Below are positions 22,450-33,743 of a stretch of 33,743 nucleotides of DNA, in pieces. Source of the stretch: Spirogloea muscicola (taxonomy: Eukaryota); NCBI GenBank assembly GCA_009602725.1, contig WELB01000002.1, positions 545,780 through 579,522 of the forward strand, read 5' to 3'. The notes beneath the pieces are model-generated. The model was not told where the DNA came from. It worked only from the letters and a program-made list of their open reading frames with translations, and did not search any database. The stretch's first letter is position 1. Each line of letters begins with the position of its first letter. A program made the position numbers and the translations under genes.

Positions 22450-23955
22450 TCCTCGAAGGTACCGTCACAGTATGTCCCAAATAAACAGACCTCGCTACAA
22501 GGTTAGTCCCAGTGGACCCTCACTTACAGACACGAGACCACTGTTTTACTGACATTCGTCACTTGCTCTGTACAAAGTGCTCTCGATTAGAAATACATCG
22601 GACTACTTCGACCTCGGTCGTCCTACATTGCCAGTGACCTGCTGTCATGTAATTACTTCCAAAGACCCTGGCACTCTTCAGCACCAGAAAGCTGGTCGAG
22701 CTTTAAAAGCTGGTCGAGCTTTAGCTGGTGGCACAAGGGCTTGTCATTTGGTGTCCCGTATTCGGACATCAAGTAGCGACCTCTACGTGCTGACTCGTGG
22801 TTACTGAGCCGATCAGTTTAGCAGCAGGTGATGTACACCTGTCATGTGCTTGCCTTTGTACTTGGCCACTGAGGCTCTCCATCACTCAATACACACGCCA
22901 TCCCTTCAGCGTGTCCAGCAACTCGTCAAGAGCTGGGCACGAAAGTGAAGTCATTCTTGCAGGCCTGGGGCCTTCCAGGCGCTGACCGTGGCACGCAAGA
23001 GTGCCATGAGCCGTCCGGGACTGGAGCTAAGCTGCTGAGTTGACAGGCATCTCAGGAACCACGAGGACAACAAGTAGAGGTTGCTAAGTGATGCTCGAAC
23101 ACCGACAGCAGATCCCAAGCCCTTCTGCAACCAGATGAAGCTCGTCCAGCCTTGGTGCAAAGCATGAGCCTGAGCTCACAACTGCTGACACGCTCCCCTT
23201 TGTGAGAGCCGCTGAAAGCTCGCATCTGCAAGTAGAAGGCCAAACAATGCACGCGGAGGATGAGACGCGTCGGGCGGGAGAGCCGGCTATGCACACCCCG
23301 GCAGCCCTGCTGCCACGGCTCAAAATTCGTCCCGAGTATTGACACCCCTTGCCCCGCCCAAAGCTCCGTCATGATAGTCGACAACTTCCTATCTCATGTG
23401 AAGACATGCAGTCAGCAAGAAGCATGCGGAAAGCCAGCTTCTTCCTTGAGATCAGGTCACTCAGTTCTCCTTCACATGGTCTCCATTGATCTGCCTCTCT
23501 TCTCTACACCGCTGATCAACGACAAGCAGTGCGTCAGGTGGTAGTAGGTTACTCTCACACAATGACGACGACCAAGATTGTAAGGTGTGGCTCTTACCCA
23601 TGTAGCCACTGCTTCAGACAGACTATGACACGTATCCGATGCGCTGGCCATGTTGCTACTGGAACGCCAATGGGGTTACTGCCGAGCCTAAGATGCTGAT
23701 TATTCTCGACTCATACCTCAATTTCTCCCAATCCTCTCCTTCTGCCTGTCCGACTTCGCTTCGATTTCTGTCAACTCCTTTCTTCTTACGCTCGCTATAA
23801 ACTATCTCTTCTCCTCCCTCTCTTCAACTCATCACCCACTCTTTGAAGTTCTCAGTACCTCACAGTTCTTGCTTCTTTCTAAACATGGTCAGCAGGGCAA
23901 ACAAATCCAAGGGGCCGTGCACATGGACCCCTGGTAACTAATTGCACCAAATCTG
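22450..23955. repeat. Inverted partner of the 4155-5785 segmental duplication
   Basis: Reverse-complement collinearity with 4155-5785, including the same embedded CRE fragments. Confidence 0.85.
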
Positions 23956-23973
23956 TCAGCTTCTTTGCTTGTG

Positions 23974-24175
23974 CCAGGCGAGAGCTTTGACCATGGCCCA
24001 GTAAATGCGCGAGCTGGCCTTGCAACCTGTCAAGCGAATGGCACAAGCTTGGCAGCCCTGGCGGCAGCCGCTGTTGAGGTCGTGGCCATGCAAGGGCCGC
24101 AGCCTTTGTGGCCTCCAGCCAGGACCGTCCGCAGAGGCTGCCTGCGTTTGCTCCGCGAAGGGCTTGTGTAACAGG
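23974..24175 (+). pseudogene. Orphan fragment of LRR-RLK intron 2 (copy 5 remnant)
   Basis: ccag|gcgagagctttgacca... is the reverse complement of ~13655-13856. Confidence 0.75.
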
Positions 24176-25620
24176 GAAGGGCTCGCCCATTGAGGATATG
24201 GGCTGGAACAGCCAGCCCAAAAAAGAATGAACAAAGTACAAGAAGGGGGCTAGGCGAAGCACTAAGGAAGACAAGCACAATAAGAAGCTAAGCAGCTACG
24301 AAGCACTCAGTAACCCCTGCTGAGCAGTCGCAGGTCAAAGATGCTAGGCTGCTGGAAGGGGGTCCCCTGGCCAGAGCCAGAGGCAGTAATAGCAGTGCGC
24401 CTGTCAGCGAGACTAACAGGCGCATGCGATACACCTGCGCGAGAGAGCCTGCTTGTACACTCCATTGGGCTGGCCTCTCACAACCATTGCCGTAAAGTGG
24501 AAGTTGTTCTCTGAGAGAGCCATATCTTCTCACAACAGGACAGAAGCAGCGCTTACAGCCATCGCCCCCTTGGGAAGAGCTTCTTTCTGCGGCTGCTCAA
24601 CGGGGATATTAAGCACCCAGTGGCCACTTGAGTCGCTGTGTGTTTTGACGCTTCTCTGGCCCCTTCGAATAATAATCAATCGTTCTTCTGGGCTGGCCAT
24701 CACAGCCATCGCCCTCAAGACGAAAAGCTCGCCCAAAGGGAGCTGGAAAAGGCCAGCAAAAAAGCACGGACAGAGAGAAGGCGCGCGGGGCAAATGAAAT
24801 AAACGGTCGAAGAGCCGAAAGCCCAGAGGCGCTTAAACCTGGGCTGGCTTGTCCAGCCGCTATCCTCAATGGGCGAGCCCTTTCTTCTTAAACCACACAG
24901 CTATGCACGAGACTACAGTAGAGGGGAGCTTAGTAACCCCGGGTTAGCAGCAGCAAGTCGGAGTAACTTGCAGCTGGAAAAGAGGCACTGCGATGAGACC
25001 CAAAGGCAGCAGCAAAAGCACGGCCTGCCCGCAAGTGCACGGCGTGAGCCAGGGATCGTCGGGAGGAGACAGAGAGCCGCTTGCAAATACTTGGGCAAGC
25101 GACCCGGCAGCGTAGAAGCCGGGCAAGCAAGTGCTCGCCCATAGAAAAGGGGGGCCAGCAAAGCCAGCCCAGAAAGAATGGACGATGTCGAAAGCCCAAA
25201 AAAACACACAGCTAGGCAGCTGGACAATAAAACACGACGAAAACACAGGAAGCTCAATACCCACGGGTGAGCAACATCAGGTCGGAGTAGCTCGAAGCAG
25301 GAAAATATGCATTCAGACGCGACCCAGAAGCAGCCGCGATAGCGCGGCCGGCACGCGAGTGGACGGCATGAGCGAGGGAGCGTTGGAGGGCTCCTCGCGC
25401 GGACCCTGCCGACGATCGATGAAGAAAGAAGAAAGCGCGGCCAGATTGACTGGTGGCTGGGAAAGTCCAGCCCAAAGGGAAGAAGAAAGGGCTCGCCCAT
25501 TGAGGATAGGGGCTGGAAAAGCCAGCCCATACAAGAAGGAACAAAGTACGAGAAGGGGGCCAGGGGAAGATCGATGGCCTGCCGGGTCTACTAAGGAGCT
25601 TTCCTTCTACTGGAAGAAGT
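24175..25620. mobile_element. Cluster of CRE-like 3' fragments of several subfamilies, mostly minus strand
   Basis: A-type 3' end 24175-24452 (SLAQVYRMRL), SYSDLLLLTRGY ~24930-25135, SYSDLMLLTRGY ~25254-25400, 3'UTR motifs at ~24840, 25130 and 25480. Confidence 0.75.
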
Positions 25621-25703
25621 GGCACTCCAAATGCGGGCAAGGGCTGTGAAAAGCCAGCCCAAAAAGATTTGACAAGGGTTCGGAGGGGCCGACAAGCGTT
25701 TAG

Positions 25704-25854
25704 CAGCTATAGAAGAAAGGGCTCGCCCATTGAGGATAGGGGCTGGACAAGCCAGCCCAAAAAAGAATGAACAAAGAACGAGAAGGGGGCCAGAGGAAGC
25801 CAGAGGAAGCGCTAAGAAACCAAAGCACACAAAACCAAAGCACACAGCTATAGA
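25704..25854 (-). mobile_element. Young subfamily-A insertion (3'UTR only) with 10-bp TSD
   Basis: TSD cagctataga at 25704-25713 and 25845-25854. Confidence 0.88.
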
Positions 25855-25941
25855 GGGGCCTGAAGATGCTATGTCAGCACAGGGGGAGGATGGATCACTC
25901 AGTAGGTACGAGTGAGGAGCCGCAGATCCGACAGACTAGCT

Positions 25942-26208
25942 GCCGGAAAGAAGAAAGGGCTCGCCCATTGAGGATAGGGGCTGGACAAGCCAGCCCAAAA
26001 AAGAATGAACAAAGAACGAGAAGGGGGCCAGAGGAAGCCAGAGGAAGCGCTAAGAAACCAAAGCACACAAAGAAAGAAAGCAGCTACAAATCACTCAGTA
26101 ACCCCTGCTAAGCAGCCGCAAATCAGAGAGGCTAGGGTCCTGGAAGTGGGTCCCCTGGACAGAGCCAGAGGCAGCAGCGAGGGCTCTCCCGGCACGAAGG
26201 CCGGAAAG
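25942..26208 (-). mobile_element. Young subfamily-A insertion with 9-bp TSD
   Basis: TSD gccggaaag at 25942-25950 and 26200-26208; nearly identical to 5851-6100. Confidence 0.88.
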
Positions 26209-26241
26209 CTATCCCCCGGACGAAAGCCAGAGGCCGCAGCG

Positions 26242-26482
26242 AGAACTGGAAGAAAGGGCTCGCCCATTGAGGATAGGGGCTGGACAAGCCAGCCCAAAAA
26301 AGAATGAATAAAGAACGAGAAGGGGGCCAGAGGAAGCCAGAGGAAGCGCTAAGAAACCAAAGCACACAAAGAAAGAAAGCAGCTACAAATTACTCAGTAA
26401 CCCCTGCTAAGCAGCCGCAAATCAGAGAGGCTAGGGTCCTGGAAGTGGGTCCCCTGGACAGAGCCAGAGGCAGAACTGGAAG
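26242..26482 (-). mobile_element. Young subfamily-A insertion with 11-bp TSD
   Basis: TSD agaactggaag at 26242-26252 and 26472-26482. Confidence 0.88.
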
Positions 26483-26494
26483 CGTCTTTTCTGT

Positions 26495-26850
26495 TACTTA
26501 GCGCTTCCCCTGGCCCCCTTCTCGTACTCTGTTCATTCTTTTTCGGGCTGGTTATTCCAGCCCCTATTCTCAATGGGCGAGCACTTTCTTCTTTTCTTGT
26601 TTACTTCTACTCCTTCCTCGTGGTCTCGCCCACCCAGCAAGCTGCCCGCCGCGGTTTGCCCTCTGGTCCTGCACCCCTCATTGTCCTTCTTTTCGGGCTG
26701 GCTTTGCCGGCCCCTCCTCTCTATTGTTTCAAATACACGAAATTTTCTTCTCTATGGGCGAGCACCCTACTCGTACTTTGTTCATTCGTTTTTGGGCTGG
26801 CTTGTCCAGCCCCTCTCCTCAATGGGCGAGCCCTTTCGTCTTCTTTCTTC
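26495..26850 (+). mobile_element. Three tandem CRE-like 3'UTR remnants upstream of RLK copy 3
   Basis: ttt(t/c)gggctgg...(a/g)gccc...atgggcgagc at ~26540, ~26690 and ~26790. Confidence 0.7.
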
Positions 26851-27125
26851 TGGTCCTGCACGCTGCCCTCTGCCTCGCTTGCCTTCTAGCCACTTCCCCA
26901 TGACTTTGTGGAGGACTTCTCCCCCTCTTCCCACACACCCCGAGCGCCACCGCCGCCGCCTGGGAGTGGCTCTCGCGGCCCGCCTGGGCACGCCGCCGCC
27001 GGAGCCTCTGCCTCGCTTCTTGCCGTTGTACTTGGCCACTCCGGCCCCTCCATAACCTCTCAATACACACTCCGTCGTTCGCCTGTGGCCAGCTTGGCCC
27101 TTCCAGTCCCGCCGCCCTGTCAGGC

Positions 27126-30100
27126 ATGGCAGCCACCGCAGGTGGCGTCGCGTCCGCAGCGCTTGCCGCCGTCGCGCTGCTCACTTGCGTCGTCGGCTCC
27201 GCTGTCGGTGACCTCGGGTGAGCAGCTGCCCACCACGGCACTTTCAGTCCTGAGCCGCGAGCGGATTGCGCCTCCCAGTCCTCTTTCTTTCTGTGTTCAT
27301 TCTTTTTTCTGGGCTGGCCACTCACAGCCATCGCCCTCTACTGGAATCGTCTTTCTTACTTTCTTCATGATCCAATTCGCCGCTGGGCTCCTCCGGTGGC
27401 ACACACTTCAGCGCCCAATGCTTGGCCACTCCGTACGGCCGCCCTCGCGCGCTGACGGCAATCCTTACGCTGGCACGCAGCTCCGACAAGGTGGCGCTGC
27501 TGGCCTTCAAGGCCGGTATCACCAGCGACCCCTTTGGCGCGCTCGACAACTGGCACTCTGCCGATCGCACACCGTGCGGCTGGTTCGGCATCAAGTGCAA
27601 CGCCACGGCGCCTGGCGGCTCCAGGCAAGAGCAAGAGCTTCGTGCCGAGCCTGGCCTTCGCCGGCTGCTGCAACGCTTCAGACGACCAGCACAAGCATCG
27701 GCGTCCGAAGTGGCAGCCGGTGTTCGCCTCCTCGGCAGCCTTCCGTCAGGACCAATGGCAGTGGCTGCCTGCAGCAGCTCAGCGGAGGCCCTGTTGACCA
27801 GCAGCATTCTCGCGAGCTCCGGAAGGTGCAGCGGGTGGTCAAGGATTGGATCAAATCAGCTTCCTCCGCCACTGATCGCTGCTTACTGCTTGCAGGCAGG
27901 TGGTTGGGCTCTATTTGTCCGGGACGCTTTTGAAAGGCGTGCTGGCACCGGAGCTCGGCAACATCAGCAGCCTGCTCTACATAATATTGAACAACAATCT
28001 GCTCTCGGGCCCCATCCCTATGGAGCTGGGCAGCATCACTAATCTTCGTACCCTCCTCCTTGGTAGTAACAGGTCAGCATGCTTCAGTTGCTTGTTAGTT
28101 ATTTCAGTCAATGCTAAGGCAACAGTAATCCTTGTGCAATTTCTCGACCTTACGACGTTCTCCTGGGGGGCCTGCATGCACACGATATGCACATGGCGTC
28201 TTCAGAAAAGCCGCCTTCTCCAGGTCTTTCGGTCAGCTGGTGAGGCGGCAGCAGTCATGATTGCACTCTTCATCACGAAGCTGCAATTTTTCTAAGTGCA
28301 ACATATTGGTCAATCGTCTTGTACGTGGCAGGTTGTCAGGTCTTATACCAGAGGAGCTCGGGAGACTCTTCGCCCTCCAGGGCCTCTATCTCCACAATAA
28401 CACGTACTCACCTTACCTGCACACTCTTAAAACTCTTAAATGCTGTCGTCCGCCCTCCCGAGGTGTGTCTTGTGTGAAAGAAATTGCAGCTGACATTGTC
28501 ACTTAGTGGCTGACTTACAAACTTCTGGCAGGTTAAGTGGCCACCTGCCGCCCCAGTTGGGACAACTAGTGCTGCTCACCCGACTATGGCTCTCTGGCAA
28601 CAACCTCTCTGAGCCAATTCCATCAACACTCTCCAGTCTCCAGAACTTGCAAGTGCTGATGATGGACAGCATCCAATTTTCCGGCCCATTTCCAGAGTGG
28701 CTTGGCAATCTGAGCAGTGCACTGACTATCTCCCTAGGTCAAAACAATTTGACTGGAGGAGTACCTGCAAGCATCCAATATTTGCAGAGAATCCAATTTT
28801 TTGACATCTCCAGCAACCACCTGACAGGCAGTCTCCAACAGGAAATTGGAGACTTAAGCGAGCTGACTGCATTTTCGGCCGCAAGCAACTCATTCAGCGG
28901 GCCTATACCAGTCAGCATTGGCAATCTGCCGTCGCTGATCTATCTCGACCTTTCGGAGAATGAACTCAGTGGCAGGATCCCAGCGTCCTTTGCAAGTTTG
29001 AATCTCACTCTCTTCTTTTAACATCTCCAATAACAACCTCAGTGGGCCTATTCCTGGTGGTTCTATTGGTCAATACAACAGCAGCTCCTTTGCTGGCAAT
29101 GCAGCATTGTGTGGCGGCCCTTATCTGGCCTGTAAGGCAGCTCCCCCACCACCTCGCTCTTTTCCTCCTTTTACACCACCACCTCCAGAGCCCAAGTCGC
29201 CAAGCTTATCGGGAGGCGCAGTTGGCGGCATTGTCACTGGGGCTGTTGTTGTCCTTCTCCTCCTGTTGCTGGGACTGCTCCTGCTGTGTTGCTTAGCTTG
29301 GAAGAAGGACAAGACTATGACAGACAAGGAGCGAGACATGGACTTCTGCTCGAAGATGTCGATCACTAAGGACAGACTCCAAGGTCCCTTTACCTTTGAG
29401 GAGCTCATGGATGCAACTGAGAACTTCAACGGCAATCACATTATCAGTTTGGCCGGCTTTGGGAAATTCTATGGGTACGTACATGATGGAAGCACAAGCT
29501 ATGCATATGCCGGCCCTGCTTGCAGTTTTACTTTTCTTCTTCCCTTGATGTATCTTCTCGGTTCTTGTTGCCCTGATCTTTTCAATGTCCTATGGCTTGC
29601 ACAAGTACATAGGCCACTCAGATGAAGATGCTGAGCAGTGCGCAGAATAAGGATGGCAAAATGTATGCAGTGAAGAGGCTAGCACCAGACAGCACACAAG
29701 ACATGAGCGAGGTACAAGCTGAGGTGAAGTTGCTGAGTTCCGCTGTCAATCATCGCAATGTGATTCCGCCACGGGGCTGGTACATCCCCAAGCACAACAA
29801 CGAGGACATGTTGCTCATCTATCCCTTCTTGCCTGGCGGGAACCTTGACCAACTGGTGCACGGGGGAGAGGGTGTGCCTTCCAGCCAGATGGGTTTGACC
29901 ACTGGTCTGCACGATGTAAAGTCATCCTGGATGCCGCCGTTGGGCTGAAGTACTTGCATGATGAGTGCCATCCTGGGGTGGTGCATAAGGACATCAAGCC
30001 GAGCAAGATCTTATTGGATGAGCAAGGTCAAGGTTATGTGGCGTTATGTGCACGAGGTTTGCTTGACACGCACGTGTCAATCAGGGCTGCAGGTGACTTC

Positions 30101-30675
30101 TTCGAGCACTTCAGTGGCAGCTATTCTCTGCCATGGGCCTCTTGACATCACGTCAGAAGGATGAGTTGCTCACTGCATGTATTCGGACATGCTGGTTGTG
30201 GCTTCTCAAAGTAAACCCCTCGCTAACAAGGAGTCAGAATTTCTGCAACTCTTGAATGCAATGCCATGATTGCTGCATTCTCGCAGGCACAATTGGATAT
30301 CTGGCTCCAGATGGCATTCTGGGCCAAAGGACTGAGCGCACCGATGTCTTCAGTTTTGGAGTCATGATTCTGGAGACCGTCACCGGCAAGCGGCCTGTTG
30401 ATCCATTCTTTCAATCCGAAACTGCGACTGGACGCAGCTTGACTGAGTGGGTGCAGTCATGCCTTCGCAGTGGGGAGCCTTTGGAGTGCATCGATATGGC
30501 GCTGGCTCCATTTGTCCCCCAGAAGCTTGATGAGATGAAGGGAGCCTTAAAAGCAGGGGTACTTTGCTGCTCCAGTGTTCCAAGTCGAAGGCCATCAATG
30601 AATGGCGTTGTTTTAATTCTCCAAAATCTTCAAGCTTTTGGTGCCGATTCCCCCTTTCCTGAAGTGCTGAGTTGA
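27126..30675 (+). pseudogene. LRR-RLK copy 3: short ectodomain, two frameshifts, degenerate kinase
   Basis: Exons 27126-27217 (signal peptide), 27481-27624 (LRRNT), 27896-28072, 28332-28403, 28532-29474, 29639-30092, 30287-30675. Extra T at 29016-29019 gives TAA; -1 shift near 29882; SLAGFG, HKD, and DFG absent. Confidence 0.9.
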
Positions 30676-31419
30676 CCTTTCCAGAGAGACTGTTGGCCAC
30701 CCAATTGAGTCTGATTATCTCGTCAAAATTTAATTCTTAAGCTGAGTACCTTGGCCAAAACGATGACTCAGATGAGACGCCTGACAGTAGAGATCCGATG
30801 CTGCAAAGTTAGTGGAATTCATGACCAGGGGTACCAGGGGTCCACGTGCATGGCTCCCTGGCTTTGCCCTGCTGACCGTTGACATACCCACTGTCTGTAC
30901 TCAATCAGCGATGTTACCGCTTACATGATTGAAATAGTTGCGGACAAGTTCCCCCAAATTTGCCCGCAATACAAGGCCGTCAGCCTCGAGACGCATGGCA
31001 CGTTCCTGTGCCGTTCCGACACTCGTCCTTCATCGTCCTTAATCGACCTGATCTTGCCGGGTAGCTCTCGGTGGGTCCCGTACAGGGGCTCCCGATGCCT
31101 GAATACTAGATGTCAGATACGATGGGTCCACCCTGGGAGGCATTCACCTCGTGCACTTTGCGTATTATTTTTGGGCTGGCTGTTCACAGCCCTTACCCCC
31201 TTTGGCAGAGCCACTTCCTTTCTCTGGAAGCGTCTTTCTCTTCAGGAAGCGCTAACTCTCTTCCCGACCCACTCCTTGTATTCTCTCAGACTTTTGAAGC
31301 TCCATTCTAAAAGTAATTGCGCGCCCGTAGAGAAGAGGGGCTGAGGCCAGCCCGAAATGAAAGGACAAAATCCAAAGAGTCAAAACATACCGAACAGAAA
31401 AATTACACAGCTCTATCGC

Positions 31420-31930
31420 AGCGGCCTGGCTCTCCGCGCTTCCGATCTATGACGCACTGCGGATGCTGGACGAGATTTTCCGCACGGCCCCCCGCCCTGT
31501 CTTGTGGGAGTGCTGCAGTGCGAGTGCGGTGAACGTCGGGGGATTCAGCGGAGCTGGCGGCGCACGTCCTCCGCTGCGCTCCTCCGGAGGCGAGCGCACC
31601 GCTGCCCATGATCTCCTCAGAAGTGCCATGTTCGGCAATTTCCTGGAGGCTGGGCACGCTGTGGCGCTGGAAAATACGTGCATCATGCCTATCCTGCAGA
31701 AGGCGGATGGACTCCACACTCGGCGGGTCAATCTGGTAGCCACCACGCCGGACGCCGCCCGGGCGTCATCGCCGACGTTGTCACTGCTGTGGTGGACCGT
31801 CCCAGTCATTCCAGGGCTTTCTACCTCGAGGGCTGGCCATGCTGCGGCGAACGCCGCTCGCAGCAAGGCGACGAAGCACCCAGATCACCCGGCAGGGACG
31901 AGTTAGTACCCCTGGCCGCGGAGTGCACGG
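31420..31930 (+). mobile_element. Degenerate CRE-like zinc knuckle/RLE fragment
   Basis: GGERTAAHDLLRSAM..LEAGHAVALE..KADGLHTRRVNLVAT..AGHAAANAARSKATKHPDHP parallels ORF 5996..7393. Confidence 0.82.
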
Positions 31931-32428
31931 GGCTCTCGGTCCCCAGTCGCTCGACCTGTTGGCCCCGCTTGCGCAGCACGCTGTGTGTCACGTTCGGACC
32001 TAACAAGCAGGTTAGAGCCGAATGTGTCCTTATTGGATTGAGTGCTTGGGGATTTAGGGACAACCACCCGCCACGAGGAAGCACTCCGACACAGCGGAAG
32101 ACTTGCCCTGTGGTGCTGTCGCTAAACAGAGGCTTCACCCACGGGCACACGTTGTAGCCTTACCTCCCGCAGGACGCCGCCAAGGTCCGCAAGAGCAGCC
32201 GGCAACGAGCCGCGCGGGGCAGCGGTCTACAGCAGCAGGCAGCCGCAGGGCTGCGCGCCTCTCCGAGCGTCACTGAGTCCCCAGCCCCTAGGTCGGGTCT
32301 CTCTCTGCTCGTGCAATAGTCAGTGCTTCTCCGTGCCACCCCCCCTCAAGGGTGTATGGGGGTCGCCCCAAGGCTCGCCCACGAGGAGCGTGCCTCACGA
32401 GGGGACCATGGGCTGTCTCCAGCAGGCG

Positions 32429-32490
32429 CCATGGCGCCGAGCATGGCCGCGGCGGGCATGGCGCCGAGCATGGCCGCGGCGGCCATGCCG
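32429..32490. repeat. Short GC-rich tandem repeat (~27-nt unit catggcgccgagcatggccgcggcggg, x2)
   Basis: Direct reading. Confidence 0.7.
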
Positions 32491-32696
32491 CCCGGGGCGT
32501 TCCGGGCCCACGCATGCCGCCGAACATGGCTGGGCCGAGCATGACGGGAGCATGCGAGGCCACCCGGACGAACCTGGACGGAACGACAACGACACGAGTG
32601 CCAGGGCGGTTCGTGCCGTCCGGCACAAACGGCCAAATGAACACCAGGTAAGCGTTAACAATACTGTTAGGCGCTCACAAACCTGGGAACGTTACA

Positions 32697-32995
32697 CTGT
32701 GTCCCGCAGGCAAGGTGAGCAGGCTGACTCCAACGCCGCTGACTCGCCAGCTCAGGTATATCATATGCGCCTCTCTATCTCCCTCCAGCGGTTCATGGCC
32801 CACGCCTTCCATCTGCGTGCCGGCCGTGCTCTAGCTGCAGCGTCTGGCTTCGGTCAGGGGGATTGCTTTGCGGCTGCTAGTTTTCGAATTTGCGGCTCCT
32901 CTTTCGTGGATTCTAAGTAAATCATCCTACCCAAGGTCTGAGAGCGCTTTTGGCCCCTTCGGAACTTGTGAGTGCTTTTCGGGCTGGCTGTATGG
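32697..32995 (+). mobile_element. CRE-like 3' fragment, subfamily B
   Basis: VSRRQGEQADSNAADSPAQVYHMRLSISLQRFMAHAFHLRAGRALAAASG plus 3'UTR; reverse complement of ~20450-20745. Confidence 0.8.
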
Positions 32996-33267
32996 CTTAC
33001 GTGGTGGTGGTCTGGCTCCTCAGCTTAGCTTGTCAAAACGTATGTGCTCCACTCGACAATTATTAGGGTCCCCCTTAGCCAGCTCATTGCCCCGTTACCA
33101 GGACTTTGTAAAGCTCGAATCGGCCTCTCTTTCATTTTCATACGCACCGCGCGCCTTCTTCACAGCCCTCGCCGCCTTACCTTTGTACTTGGCCATACAG
33201 GCCTCCGTCACTCAATACACACTCCATTGCTTTTTTTTGGGAGGGCCACTTTCTTTCCTTTCCCCCT

Positions 33268-33743
33268 AGTGTACCGTTGGCGCTTGGCCGTCTCGCTGGA
33301 GCGGTCTATGGCCCGCGCGCTGCACCTGCGTGCCGGCAGAGCCCTCGCTGCTGCCTCTGGCTCTGGCCAGGGGACCCACTTCCAGGAGCCTAGCTTCTCT
33401 GACCTGCGGCTGCTTAGTAGGGGTTACTGAGTGATACGTAGCTGCTTTGTTTCTTTGTGTGCTTGTATTTCTTAGCGCTTTTCCTGGCCCCCTTCTCGTC
33501 CTTTGTTCATTCTTTCTTGGGCTTATCCAGCCCCTATTCTCGCGGATCATCCGCGGGAAGACGAGTTCTTCCCGTTGGCCATCGACACACATGGGGCGCT
33601 GGGCGCTCGGTGGCTCGAGCTGCTCACCCAGCTCGCCCGCCACACCATCGCCCGGCGCTTCCATGGGGAGCCGGTTGACTTCCCTGCAGCCGGGTCGCTG
33701 GCGCAAGTGTATCGAATGCGCCTGGCCGTCTCGCTGCAGAGGT
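33268..33743 (+). mobile_element. Two tandem subfamily-A fragments (33268-33541, and 33542 to window end)
   Basis: VYRWRLAVSLERSMARALHLRAGR..DLRLLSRGY* plus 3'UTR, then DHPREDEFFPLAIDTHGALGARWLELL..AQVYRMRLAVSLQR. Confidence 0.88.

Noticed and set aside
25704..26482. Regularly spaced near-identical repeats resembling a CRISPR array or satellite
   Set aside because: The units are 3' ends of the retrotransposon at 5851-7430, vary in length and each has its own TSD; the context is eukaryotic.
26908..28042. 341-aa and 206-aa ORFs
   Set aside because: Read-through of GC-rich RLK exons 1-2 and their introns; the spliced model explains the region.

Overview
Eukaryotic, GC-rich, intron-containing DNA; the LRR receptor-like kinase (LRR-RLK) content suggests a green plant or streptophyte alga (inference). 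The window holds a rearranged LRR-RLK cluster. There are three large copies (136-4026 +, 9498-14352 -, 27126-30675 +) and two fragments. The middle of each ectodomain is built from one-LRR-per-exon units (72 nt, phase 2), and each copy carries a different set. In copy 2, seven intact LRR exons lie inverted (about 11400-13265), and a duplicated exon forms ~165-bp inverted repeats. Recombination between these repeats would switch the gene between a short and a long in-frame LRR array. Every copy has a lesion separating ectodomain from kinase, while the single-LRR exons stay open and vary mostly at ligand-facing positions. Between the genes lie many 5'-truncated RLE-type (CRE-like) non-LTR retrotransposons from several subfamilies, some nested with clear TSDs. 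Also present are a Ty3/gypsy gag remnant, a short telomere-like tract and a ~1.6-kb inverted segmental duplication. All alignments were done by eye, and remnant boundaries are approximate.
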